A stretch of DNA of 64,000 nucleotides from Hydrolagus affinis (lineage: Eukaryota): positions 1 through 64,000 of the forward strand of contig JAAILG010000537.1 of NCBI GenBank assembly GCA_012026655.1, read 5' to 3'. Of this stretch, positions 49,772 to 61,510 are shown piece by piece. The notes under the pieces are model-generated. The model was given only the letters and a program-made list of their open reading frames with translations. It was not told the origin of the DNA and searched no databases. Position numbers and translations under genes: made by a program. The first letter of the stretch is position 1. Every line of letters starts with the position of its first letter.

Positions 49772-50297
49772 AGTCTCAAAGAGCTTCACAGAATGTACTG
49801 TAGAGTGAATGGACTGTATATTTTGTGGGAGAATGATGGTACTGTGTTTTAACTCTTTCAGTAACCTCACAAATAAAGATTCGGGGCAAATCAGAGTGAT
49901 GCATAAGCTTTTTGCTCTCACTGTCATTTGGGTTCTTACACGTGGAATGAGACATCACATCTGCTTGTGGCGCAGTGTAAAGCAAACAGATGTAGCAGAA
50001 CGGGAACCATGCCAAAATGTTAAAAAAAAGAATTGGGAATTAACATCTGAGGCAAAAATAAACAAGGTTGAAGGGAAAATTAAACAACCAGACCTTTCTG
50101 CTTTTTGGAGGGCATTTCTACAGAATGTGAATGAGCCAGTAAACATAGGGGTTATATAATGAGTCAGTACACACACACACACACACAAACACACATAACA
50201 TAACCTTCATCTAAAGTAAAAGCTTTTTATCCTCCTAAAATATTTGGAGCCATGTTGGAGCAAAGTAAAAATGATCGCCGGCTGAAGCACATAGTCA

Positions 50298-50397
50298 NNN
50301 NNNNNNNNNNNNNNNNNNNNNNNNNNNNNNNNNNNNNNNNNNNNNNNNNNNNNNNNNNNNNNNNNNNNNNNNNNNNNNNNNNNNNNNNNNNNNNNNN
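50298..50397. other. Assembly gap (100 N)
   Basis: Run of exactly 100 N. Confidence 1.
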
Positions 50398-51221
50398 TGC
50401 TTAAAAATAGCAGAAGTTCAAAAGTACTGTACCGCCTGCTTGTACTGCTGTTAAGTGGGAGAAAATTACAGGCTGTGCAATCAAATGAACGCATGATATG
50501 TGCTCACCGGCTTCCGAATGAGATGGTGGGATAGTCAGCATAACATGGTGGCTGCATATCACATCCCGAGCATTATACCCAAGCACCTCTGTATTGGCAG
50601 CCTGAAGTTTTACTGTAAGTCTTGCGATAAAAGCAATGCATTAAAGGAACACTCCCCTGAGAGGCAAGGCCTGGAGGGGAACTGGGGTATTACTCATGCG
50701 AGAGCGTATTCCATCGTTGTTAAGCACCGTTTGAATTTGCAGGGTGCGTTAACACTGTTTTTTTCAAAAAAAAATGTAGATGATTTGAAAGCTGACAGCT
50801 TTAACAAGTATGGGTTCAGGAAATACCTTTTAAGGACAGGAATACAGGATTGGCTGCATTCTGATCTGCAAAACCTCACTTGTCCATTGGAGGGGGGAAA
50901 AAAAACAAAATATCCAAAGGATTTTCCTAAGCAAGCTGTAAACTCCTGTGAGCTTTGCCCGAGTCCAATGAGTTAGTTACTCACAGCATTGACCCGGGGC
51001 TTTGACTCTATCCTTTTATAAAGATCTCATGTTCTGGATGGCACTGAATCCCAAATCAGGTGGGTGCTGTGCTCCATAGCTCTGTGTATACAAAGATGTC
51101 AACAATCTGCTGCCACCCAAACTATATTTACAGTTCCAGAAACAGATCATATTTAACCCTCAGAGACGCACTATGAGCGAGTCTGTTGGCAGGGGAGGGT
51201 GAGAGAGAGAGCCCTTTAAAA

Positions 51222-51549
51222 GGAGTCCTGTAGCTCAGTGGTTAGAGCACTCGCCTTACAAGCGTGAGACCTGTGTTTGAATCTAGGCAGATCAGGGCGA
51301 AACCTTGGGCAAGTTTCCTTACTCCACACACACACGCCTAATAATAATCCATCCCCAAAAAAAACCACAATAATAAAATTGGTAATTTCGATCCACGACT
51401 GTTTGTGGGACACTCCTGTGCGCAATTGGCTGCCGCATTTTGCTCACATATATACAGTCAAGGTTCACTTTGTAGTATATTCTGTGAAGCGCTTTGAGAC
51501 GTCTAGATGATATGAAAAGCGCTGTATCAAATGCAAGGATTATTATTAT
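51222..51549 (+). mobile_element. Full-length tRNA-derived SINE (dominant family in the window) with L2-type 3' tail
   Basis: Head GGAGTCCTGTAGCTCAGTGGTTAGAGCACTCGCCTTACAAGCG with A-box TAGCTCAGTGG and B-box-like GTTTGAATC. Body ...GTGGGACAC..GTGCGCAATTGGCTGCC. Tail GTGAAGCGCTTTGAGAC...AAAGCGCT..ATCAAATGCAAGG(ATT)n. Confidence 0.9.
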
Positions 51550-52754
51550 CATAAGCGACAAAACAGAAATAGACTTAAAACATCTTAGACTATATAATAA
51601 TTATTACAAATGCTGTATAATAATATGAATATTATTATAATGATAATAATTATTATTATGTGATTTCAAGTTCTGATTTGGGGTTTGAATCCACACAATC
51701 TTACAACCCTGAGTTGAGAATGCTACAACTGAGCCAGGCTGACACACATTCTAGTTTGTTAAACGCACACTCTCAAAAAGTCCCACTTTTTCTTCAGTTT
51801 ATCGACCAGCGCCTGCTACTCTCCAGAATTAGGTTAGCAAGGTGTGTCACACCGGGCAAGAATCTGTGAATTTGATTCCAGATACAAAACATATTACGTG
51901 CGGGCGGCAGCGTGTGTATGTGGAACTCTCAATCTGGTTTGGAAACTTAAGCACGGTGATGGGTTTCCGTATGGGTGGGACACCCCGCAGCCCTGAAAAA
52001 ACATCGGAGGCAACGCATAGCATGCATCAGCAGCAAAACAAGAGGATTCACAAAGGCGTTTTATAGTCCACACTTGGTCATACCTGCCAAAAGTTTCCCT
52101 TGCCTGCAGTACCATCGTATTACTCATTATCCAACACACGTACTGCATTTGCTGAGTTGCTATGGCAGTAGGAAAATATTTGTCTGTTGAGATCTTTACA
52201 TTCAGCAATTTTTAAAAATATATTTTTGGCAGCATTACCGCCAAAGGAAAACTATAATTATTGCGGCAATTATATTAATGATGTACATTGTGTCATCCTC
52301 AAATGCCCAGCGAGAGGAAGTAATATTAAAGTGGCAAAAGCAGGCAATGTTTAACGATAAACAAATGGGCTTGCAAAGAACCAAAATGAACGAAGGTAGG
52401 AAGAAATGTACGGAAACTACTACAACAACAAAATTACACTCATATAGCGCCTTTCACGTCAGGAGGACGTCCCAAGGCGCTGATTAGGAAAGTTAATAAC
52501 TAGGCGCACAGGATTTCAATAAAACAAAAGTTACCAGCATCATTTCAAACCAATCTGGATTTAATTAATCTCATTGCATCTCATTGAATCAGATCCCTAT
52601 TGAGTCCTGTAAGACATTTCATTTTACCTGGTTAAGCCTGAAGAGATACAGCATCTCTTCGTTGCCAGCTTGTAGCTATTTTGCATCAAAGCTTTTTTTT
52701 TTCCTCACAGATGTTTTACAAAATCTCTCCTTTCATGCTAACCTCCCTAATAGT

Positions 52755-52980
52755 CATGGATTGAATGACCAAATTATTCTGATTTTTTTTTTTAAAAAAG
52801 GATTATTACCCCCAGAAAAGCGTTCCGCCAATCGACTAACAGCGGGGTTCCTACTTACTGCTAAATAAACAGAGGCGTGAGGGGTAAGAAAACTTGCCCA
52901 GCGTTCCGTCCTACCCGGGACTCAAACCCATGTCCTTTTACTTGTGAGGCGAATGCTCCAACCACTTACACTACATGACA
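52755..52980 (-). mobile_element. 5' half of the variant SINE subfamily
   Basis: atcgactaacagcggggttcctacttactgcta...ggggtaagaaaacttgccca...gggactcaaaccca matches 35319-35470. Confidence 0.7.
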
Positions 52981-55965
52981 CAAACACAAGGTCCCTCTGA
53001 AAGCAAAGGTAGTGTATGTTACTAAGGATGTTGACATAACAAGCAAATAAACATTCATGTTTCGGACAATGCTAGCAGGAAAACGCAATGCTGTAATTCT
53101 CTGGAGGCTTTTAGGTTCAATTTTTCAGGATTACTTTATAATCACAGACCCAGCCCCTTCCCCTCCTCCTCCCTCCTCCCCTCCCCCCATCTCTCCCGGG
53201 ACATGTGTGCCCTGCTCACCTACATAATTCCTGCAACTTCCAAACAATCCCTGGAGGTCCTTATAGCAATATGCCAGCTCCATGTCACGTTTCTGCTCGA
53301 GGCAGGAAAAGCACCGACAGTAATACAAGGAACAAGTCCCTTACCCGACTCTCATTTCCTGTTAGCAGTGCAGGGATCTCACAGGAAACCATAGCATAAA
53401 ACAAGCAGAAAGAGTCTGAATCAGTGTTTCCTTGTTGGAAAGCAAGACAGAAATGGGACAGCCGGTACCTTGGCAATTCACAAACTAAACAAATTAGGAG
53501 AACACATATTTTCCTCTTGTTTATCATAAAACAGTCTCAAAGAAAGGGTTAAAGAATGATCAGAGCTGCTTCAAACATTAAAAAAAAAGGTTTATTTTTC
53601 TAAAGCCTGAGATCATACCTCTGGCTGCTGATCGCTTCCACATATCAAATACAACAGATGGATTAAGTGGCAAGCGATTAAGGAGGTGTACAGATTGTGT
53701 GGGTTTTTAAACTTATAGGAAGCTCGGACTATTTTGGCTTTACTAAAATGAAGCCTTAAATGCTGAAATGCACCGTGACTGCATGAATTGAAGGCTGTTA
53801 TTATTATTATTGTTGTTGCGCTGCAAATAACTTTACAGACTGATGCTAACGCTCACCAAATCCTCGATACATAATTACACGGCTTGGCTCCTGTCATCTA
53901 AAAATGCTACAGCCCTCAGAGAACACTGCGGGGATTTCACAGCTTTTAAAATGTGAATTTCAAATTTGGCAACAGCGTTTTTCATTTTTTTGTTTTAGGA
54001 AGGGGCGGTGGGGGGAGGTGGGGGAGGGGAGGTGGGGTGGGGGGGAAAAGGGAGGGAAAGCATGCAAATTGTTCTACGCACAAGGAGCGAACGTACATTT
54101 AAAACCAGCAAAAATGAAAGTGGTGCCTCTGATGATTTATTTGACTTTTGTGCTGGATCCGATTTAAAGTGACTACTTGTTTCGCATACATTGGTGACCA
54201 GTTCCACATCATTACTAATAAAGATCTTTCAGGAAACCCCCCCTCCCCCCATCATTTCCTTAGACACTAGCCAGAAGGTACCTATAAGGCTGTTAAGTAG
54301 AGTGTACATAATCAGTTCCACTGGGATACATAATTAATCCCTCTATGGTAGGACCTAATAACCCAAGAGTAATGCTGCTTTACTCACAAGAGAGTCATCT
54401 TCTGAAGATGTGCTTAATTTCGTCCAAACGTGTGATCAAAATACTGTGGTAACATTTACTTGATGACCATGTACGTAATGTTGTACACAAATAAATTGTT
54501 TTTTCTTTTTTTAAAAAAACCACACAGGACACCTCCTCGCCAGGGTATCAATGCTGCGTCTAAAAAATTTGACATCACTTGTAATCGTGAGTACGGGGTT
54601 AGATGCTGATGTAATGGAAGACAAAAAGCAATTCCCGTCAAATTTGCCAGAGAGCTGCCAAAGAACATCTTCGAGTGCAAATGATTCTGTACAACAATGG
54701 GATGTAAACTGGATGAACTGCCTGGGAAAAAGTTTCAAAGCTTAACCTCGGGGTCACGGGCTGACAGGCAAACCAACAATTCCATAGTGCATTCTGCTGG
54801 ATAAAAGACTTACCAGAATGAGAAATCTCCCACAAGGAAGAAATAAATATAAGCCAAAAACTGAACTCATTGATGCCAGAGCTTAAAATGGGTGTGGGCG
54901 ATTGGGTGTGATGGGGGCAGGGATTCCTTATTAATCTGGTAAATTACATCCCTTTTCTAATTGATTGGGCTACAATATATACACAAAACTGTAGACAAGT
55001 CCACATTTACATGTGAAACTGTGGTGTTGTTGGGGAGGCGGGGGGGGGGGGGAGGGGAAGAAGTGGGGAGAGTATACTAGTGGAAAAAATTAGGCACCTC
55101 CCTGTAGTTAAAAGAACAGGAACAGCCCCATTTAGCTGCTTGTTTGCCCTGTAGAACACTGGTACAACTATTTTAAAAAATTTAACTTTTTAAAAACTTT
55201 TTTTTAGAAAAGAGAACAGAACTTATAACAGAGAAAGAATTCAGGTCCAAGGTGACATTCAGTTGATCATACGACTGCAACTAAAAATAGTAAAAGCTTG
55301 TTTACTCCCACAATAAACAAGGAACAAAAAGATCGAAACGATTGTTATGCTTAGTGATCAGCCTGTGATATTATCTCGTTCGCCTTCTATTCAATCTGTG
55401 CATTTCGGAAACTCAGCTATCGCAGCTGTGTGTTCAGAGCTGCTAAGAATCTCAGAGGTAGTTGCCATCTCCAGTGTCCAAAGGTCCGAGTTGCCCGTTT
55501 TCTTACTGGAAGTTTAGAGAGGAGCAGAAAGCAGATCAGACAAAGGACCTCTGCCAGATGGGAGTCACCAAAGGCCATCCCCAGGAGATTCAGGTTTATT
55601 ATTTGTGTTCCATTTTATTTAATGTTGTTTTTCTTCCACTCTCCGCAGGTCTCCTGTGGGACAGGGCGATAGACATGACCCCTGACCTGGGCTAGTACTG
55701 CTCTTGGCTCACATGTATTTTGCTGAGCACAAGGGCTGGCCGACGAGGGAGGTCTTAGAGATATTGTTCGGTGCCTCCCCTTGACGCCACTCAAAAGATT
55801 AGGGAATCATTACAAACAACTGGAACAAAATTGCCCATCCCATGGCCTAGTGGGTAAAGATACCACCCAATAATATAGCACTAAGCCACAAGGTCGATTC
55901 TCAGTCTGCGCTGGTCTCTTGAGAAGTTAAGTATTGGCCTCAGCCTCACTGCCGTAGTAAAGTAC

Positions 55966-56310
55966 GGAGCTCCTGTGGCTCAGTAGTTAGAGCACTTGTT
56001 TTGCAAGCTGGGGAGACCAAGCTGGGGAGACCTGTGTTCGATCCAGGCAGGTCAGGGCGAAACCTTGGGCAAGTTTCCTTACTCCACACGCCTAATAATA
56101 ATCCCTCCCCCCAAAAAAACCACAATAATAAAAATTGGTCATTTCAATCCACGACTGTTTATGGGACACTGCTGTGCGCAATTGGCTGCTGCGATTCGCC
56201 CACAAATATATACAGTCAATTCACTTTACAGTATACTCTGTGAAACGCTTTGGGACGTCAATAAGATGTGAAAAGCGCTATATCAAATGCAAGGATTATT
56301 ATTATTTATT
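55966..56310 (+). mobile_element. Full-length tRNA-derived SINE with an internal 14-bp duplication
   Basis: GGAGCTCCTGTGGCTCAGTAGTTAGAGC...GTTCGATCC followed by the family body and tail. An inverted tail fragment follows at about 56320-56388. Confidence 0.9.
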
Positions 56311-57802
56311 ATAAGGTGGAATAATAATAATATTAATATGATATGATATAGCGCTTTATCATGTCTTCGAGACGTCTCAAAGTGCTTCCAAATCAATCCA
56401 GCTTCCCAGTTCATCACTGGAAACTGCACAGGTAAATATGGGGTGAAGACAGGATGGCAATGGTCTGCACTCCCTTCCCTCCCACTCAACTAAACATTCA
56501 CCGAAGTTCAAATTGGTTCAAGAGATCAGGATTCTGCTGATTCATGTGGATCCAACTCCCAGCTACAGACATGGGCTTCAGGAGAGGAGGGAAGGAAATT
56601 GGGACAAAAGTACACAGCATGCCATGGATTCAGAATCTCAAAGAAAAACAAAAATCTGCGTCGCAACTCTGGAACACAGCAATTATTCACCAGTGCGCCC
56701 TACACCCAAACAACCCTATCAGTTCCGAAATACATCAAACGGTTCAGAACCCTGAAATTCCACCTAGACTAGTTTACAAGTAGCATCATTTTGTCTTTAA
56801 ACTTAATGATCATGTGGAAAATGCAGACAAAATGCTTTAAGTTCAGCCTTAATTTAACATTTTTGTTGAAGGAATTATAGAAAAGCTGCTCTAAATCAAG
56901 ACTGAATCAAACAATGTTTCATAATTCGTCACTAACTTAAATGTTAAGACTTGAAGAGGTTAAGACTAGTTCAATGTTTGAGCCTGTGATTCCTCACACA
57001 CTCCCACCGCCTTTTCGAGACCACCCATCCCTCATTGGACATAAATAGAAGTGCCCTTTAACAACAGCTGCTACACATCCGAATGCTGTAAAACAGGATA
57101 ATTGTGAACGAGGCCTTAAGCTATCTTAAACCTGTAGTGACAAGACGCATGCACCACAATCACAAGTAACTTTCTCCCCCATGCCCTCTCCCCACCCCCA
57201 CCCACCCTGTCTTACCCCTGTCTGACCCACCACAGGCTTAGTAATTGAAATACCTCTCTGGGAAGGGAAGGTAGAAGTCGTCAAAGGAATAAGAAAACCA
57301 CAATGTCCCACCAGTTAATGAGGCTTGCCAAAGAAACAAGAGGCATGTGATTCTCAAACCTACAGTAAGCAGCTTGTTTATCTGACTTGCAGCCAGAACT
57401 TTGCCACATATAATAGGGTTGGAGTAACCCCAGTGCTCAGATTAGAAATGATCAGAACAAGGTAAACAAGCACAAAATTCTTCTAAGCACACAACTATTA
57501 GCATTCTTTGCCACTTCCAACCCTTTTTTGCACTACTGCATTATTTTCGTAAAATCTGTCCAACAGTACATTCTAAAGGCTGAGAGTGAGCTCTTGTAGT
57601 CAATATGGGATGATTGAATACTTTTGTTTTGTGTATGAGCTCTTCAGAATTGTGCAAGCGTCTCACGATTTTCCAACTGGCTTCCATGTGGAGGAGCGTG
57701 TTTAACTCCTTCCTGAAGTGAAACAGCTGAGAATAGGTAGCGCTTCATAGAAGTGGAAACCTGCCTGAGATCATTGTAAAGTCAATATGCAAACACATCC
57801 AC

Positions 57803-57838
57803 GTTCTGACGAAGGGTCGTGGACCCGAAACGTCGACT
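57803..57838 (+). ncRNA. Minimal type I hammerhead ribozyme motif (antisense to CTBP2)
   Basis: GUU-CUGACGA-A-GGGUC(GUG)GACCC-GAAAC-GUC/GAC. Intact core, 5-bp stem II, GUC cleavage triplet at 57832-57834 and 3-bp stem I. Confidence 0.6.
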
Positions 57839-57940
57839 CACTTTCCTTTCTCCATGGATGCTGCCTGACCTGCTGAGTTTTCCCAGCAACTTCTGTTTTT
57901 GTTTCAGATTTCCAGCATCTGTAGTATTTTGTGTTTTGTG
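57803..57940 (+). mobile_element. Penelope-like element terminal repeat
   Basis: gttctgacgaagggtcgtggacccgaaacgtcgactc...gatgctgcctgacctgctgagttttcccagcaacttctgtttttgtttcagatttccagcatctgtagtatttt. It is the reverse-complement homologue of 2638-2766. Confidence 0.7.
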
Positions 57941-58098
57941 TACGCAAACACATCATCCTGTTAGTCTTCAGGACAATCTCAAATGTTGAAGTAGATTGGT
58001 TTGTAACATTTAAAATGTACAATTGTTAGAGAGGCCAGGGTGAGCAGCTGGAAAGAGACACAACACCTTGTGATGTCCAAATGCAGGGAAGATTAGGA

Positions 58099-58405
58099 AA
58101 TAATAATAATTATCCTTGCATTTGATATAGTGCTTTTCACGTCTTCCAGACGTCTCAAACTGCTTCTCAGAATATAATGTAAAGCGAATTGACTGTATTT
58201 TTGTGTGCGAAAAGCGGCAGCTATTTTCACACAGCATTGTCCCACAAACGATTGTGGATTGAATGACCAATTTATTATTGTTCTTTTTTGAGGGATTATT
58301 ATCAAGCATGTAGAGTAAGGGAAACGTGGCTAAGGTTTCGCCTTGCCTGGAATCGAACCCAGGTCTCTCGTTTGCAAGGCGAGTGCTCTAACCACTGAGG
58401 ACTCC
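58099..58405 (-). mobile_element. Full-length tRNA-derived SINE
   Basis: Reverse complement runs from the (TAA)n tail through the body to ggaatcgaacccagg...gtgctctaaccactgaggactcc. Confidence 0.88.
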
Positions 58406-58984
58406 TGTAAATGATATACCGACTCGTCATATAACCTGTAACTAAACCTTAATGAATTTTTATTGTACAGTTGGGTCTAATTTATTCCATTCGCTATTTT
58501 TAAACGATCAATGTAGAGTAAACCAATATTTAACAGGAAGCAGCAGGAGACTTGAAATACTGCACGGTCTTTGAAAGGAGTGAGTAGTCTTTACTCTTTA
58601 ATTAAACTGGGTGCTTCTATCATTACCCAAGGGACCATTTTATTGTTTCCGTACAATTCTAACGAATAAGATAAGGAACTAAAATCTCTTGCAGGATTTT
58701 GTTTAAAATGAGACATTGTATATCAAAATGTATGGGACATTGGCAGTGGAGGTCACCCGGGGGAATTAAATGACAGATGTGGTAATGGTGCTATGTCGTT
58801 TGTCGCTATAACCACAGAGAGAGGGGGGGGGCTATGGGGGGAGGGGGTTGGGAGAGAGGATGCACAGCTGTAGACTCCTTGACCCTAGTTGGTCTGCAGC
58901 AGAGGAGCAGAGTTAATTCTGAAATTGGTTGCGCGGAAAATAAAGCCTGACAATGCTGAGAGTACATGAGGTTTGCTGACACTG

Positions 58985-59195
58985 TATTCCGCCTCGCCCC
59001 CTCCCATGCCTCCTGCAAAACCCATCTTAAGACCCTCCTCTTTGACCGTGTCTTCGGTCACCCTCCTCCCCAAACCCCCCTCCGCTTCCCTCTCCCCGAC
59101 CCTCAGCTTGGGACCAAAGCCCTGATTGTCCATCACTTTGGGACTACCTCCTGACGTGAAAGGCGCTATATAAGTGTAATTTTGCTGTTGTTGTT
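58985..59195 (+). mobile_element. L2-clade LINE 3' fragment
   Basis: RLAPSHASCKTHLKTLLFDRVF followed by a C-rich UTR and ctttgggactacctcctgacgtgaaaggcgctat...gttgttgtt. Confidence 0.8.
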
Positions 59196-61298
59196 TACAT
59201 GCGTTGGGAGCAATGTGTGTTTAAGGATTAAAGCAATTCTCTTGTATGTCCTGCTGTTCAAGCGGAGCTGGTTAAGTAAGTGCTGTCTTCATTCAGCTCC
59301 TCTTCCTCCGCTCCACTGCAAATAACATCACTGGTAGCCACCACTTTTTCCATTGGCTTCTGAAAGCTGATGGAAGGCCCACACCACCACAACAATTTGC
59401 GTTTATATAGCACTCACGCACACGCTCACTAGTGTCCCAGCTGGAACATCGCACGGTCCCTCAACGATACATTTGATTTTGAAATTGGTTGCGCGGAATC
59501 ATTATAGTGCAAGGTAAAGCCTGACAATACTGAGAGTATTGACCACTATAACTGATTTTTTTGGTTTAATGTTCAGAAAAATGTAACTCTGTTGACTGAG
59601 CCTGGGTGATACAGTTAGGTGTTCATTTTAACACAACACGCAATCCTGCTCACTCATCACAAGAATTTGCTAAACGAAAGAAGACCCAAGGTCCATCTAA
59701 TTCGACTTCCACCATCCTGGCAGTCACTTGACACATGGTCACGTCCTAACTATACACTGCATCCCAAAATGTTATTTTCTAAGCAGAAATCTATTGGATT
59801 TTTTTCTTGAAACAAATGAATTCTGTCCAAGCTGTCACAGGATTGCTTATAGAACAGCCTTGAATTTAGTCAGTCCACTTCAGGGGCATTCAACACACAA
59901 AGTAGGCAACTCAATACAAAAGACGTTTCAACCAGGATGCTTTTACTATTCCCAATTCTGCCACGTGCCATTCACCGTGTCATCATCAGCATCTTAATCT
60001 CCATGACATTTCAAATTTCTATTTGATTTGAATATGAATCAGGTTTGCAGCCTGACAAACATGTGGCGTAACTCATTTTCCAGAGATGTTGATGCCTTGG
60101 CTGGCCCCTGTTTGCTCTCAGGTATGAATTTATCCAAACTCCACTGCATGCCAAGATTTCAATTAATCTTCAGAAAAGATTTTGCTGTCTCAATCTGCCC
60201 GCTCCTTCGAACAAAAAGGAGAAAATTACAGACTGCTGCCTGCTCGTAGCAGATTAAATGAATTGCAGGTTAAATGGATACCTGGTGTGCCTTTCAGTGA
60301 TGCCCGGCGATTTATTTCTCAAGAAAAAACAGGCCCTCCAAGTCATTGCCAACTTTCCTACATTCAAAATTGTATACAATTTCACAATCATTCTTTGATT
60401 ACGTTATTAACTTGAGGTTTGTCTACCTTGTGATTCCTGTGGAATAAAGAGACCATTCCTAACTCGATGATACGTGCAGTCTTTTACATGGTAGGCTTGG
60501 TTTACATTCAATCCAAACATAAAGATTCAGCACTTTAAGTGAGGTGTTCAGGAACATATAGTGCCTGAGAAAGTTCAGAATGTGACTCATGGCACACTAG
60601 AAAACGTTAAACAGGAGGATCAGACATTAATGTAACTAGAAGATCCTAGTTCCAGACATCTATGGCTTAAATCTAGAATAAGAGGATAACAGACACAGAA
60701 ACAAGCCATTTGACCAGTGAGGCTTGTTTTGACCATGGCAGATCTTTTAATCCCATTTCCTTGTCGTTTCTCTGTACCCTGTACTTCCCAATCATATAAC
60801 TAGCTCGTGTAAACACACCAATCATATCAGTATGTATCGCCTGGTGGAGCTGTGCAGCCCAAATTCTCGCAACCGTTTCACTTCTAAACTCGAATTACAT
60901 TACAGACCAAAGGACACTAGACACCTGAAGAGTCCAGATGCAAAAGAGCAACTACAATTCACTGGCTTTTACCTGTTGACTTTCACAATCACTTATTCCG
61001 CAGCTGTTTCTACATAAGCAATCTTTTACAAAAACTTTGCTTATACAGTACTGTATAGTACTGTAGTTATGAGCAACGTATGATAATCCCTGCAGTTATG
61101 ATAAATACCATCTACAAGAAGACCAACAGCTATTGGTAACGTTCTTGTATTCATTTTCATATATTTTAAAGGACAAAAGAGAGCAATAAAAAAAACTTTG
61201 TTTGTTTGCACATGTATTTCGGTTTACGCACACTATCCTCCTCTAATCTAGAGGGATTACCTCCCCCATTTGTTTTAAATTCTCACGAGGAGTCTTAC

Positions 61299-61510
61299 CT
61301 GCAAAGTTCAAATCTCTTTTTCAGATGTCGATGGAACCGTTGTCTATCTCCTGCTTTTGTTTTACATATTTGATTCCATTGAATCTAACGTGGAATATAT
61401 TGCAATGTAGTTCGAGTCTGAAATGATTACTGTGAACTGTAAAGGTGCTGTACTCTGCATCACTCGGGTTAAATACTGTATTGAAAATAATACATGTCTC
61501 GTTGTGCTGA
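61299..61510 (-). other. CTBP2: Candidate non-coding 5'UTR exon of CTBP2 (acceptor uncertain: exon start 61510 or 61417)
   Basis: Near-consensus donor TTGCAG|GTAAGA (GT at 61298-61297). Polypyrimidine acceptor ctgtccgttgtctctttcAG|TCAG at 61512-61511, with an alternative tcatttcAG at 61419-61418. Lies in repeat-poor sequence. CTBP2 is known to have upstream non-coding exons. Confidence 0.5.
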
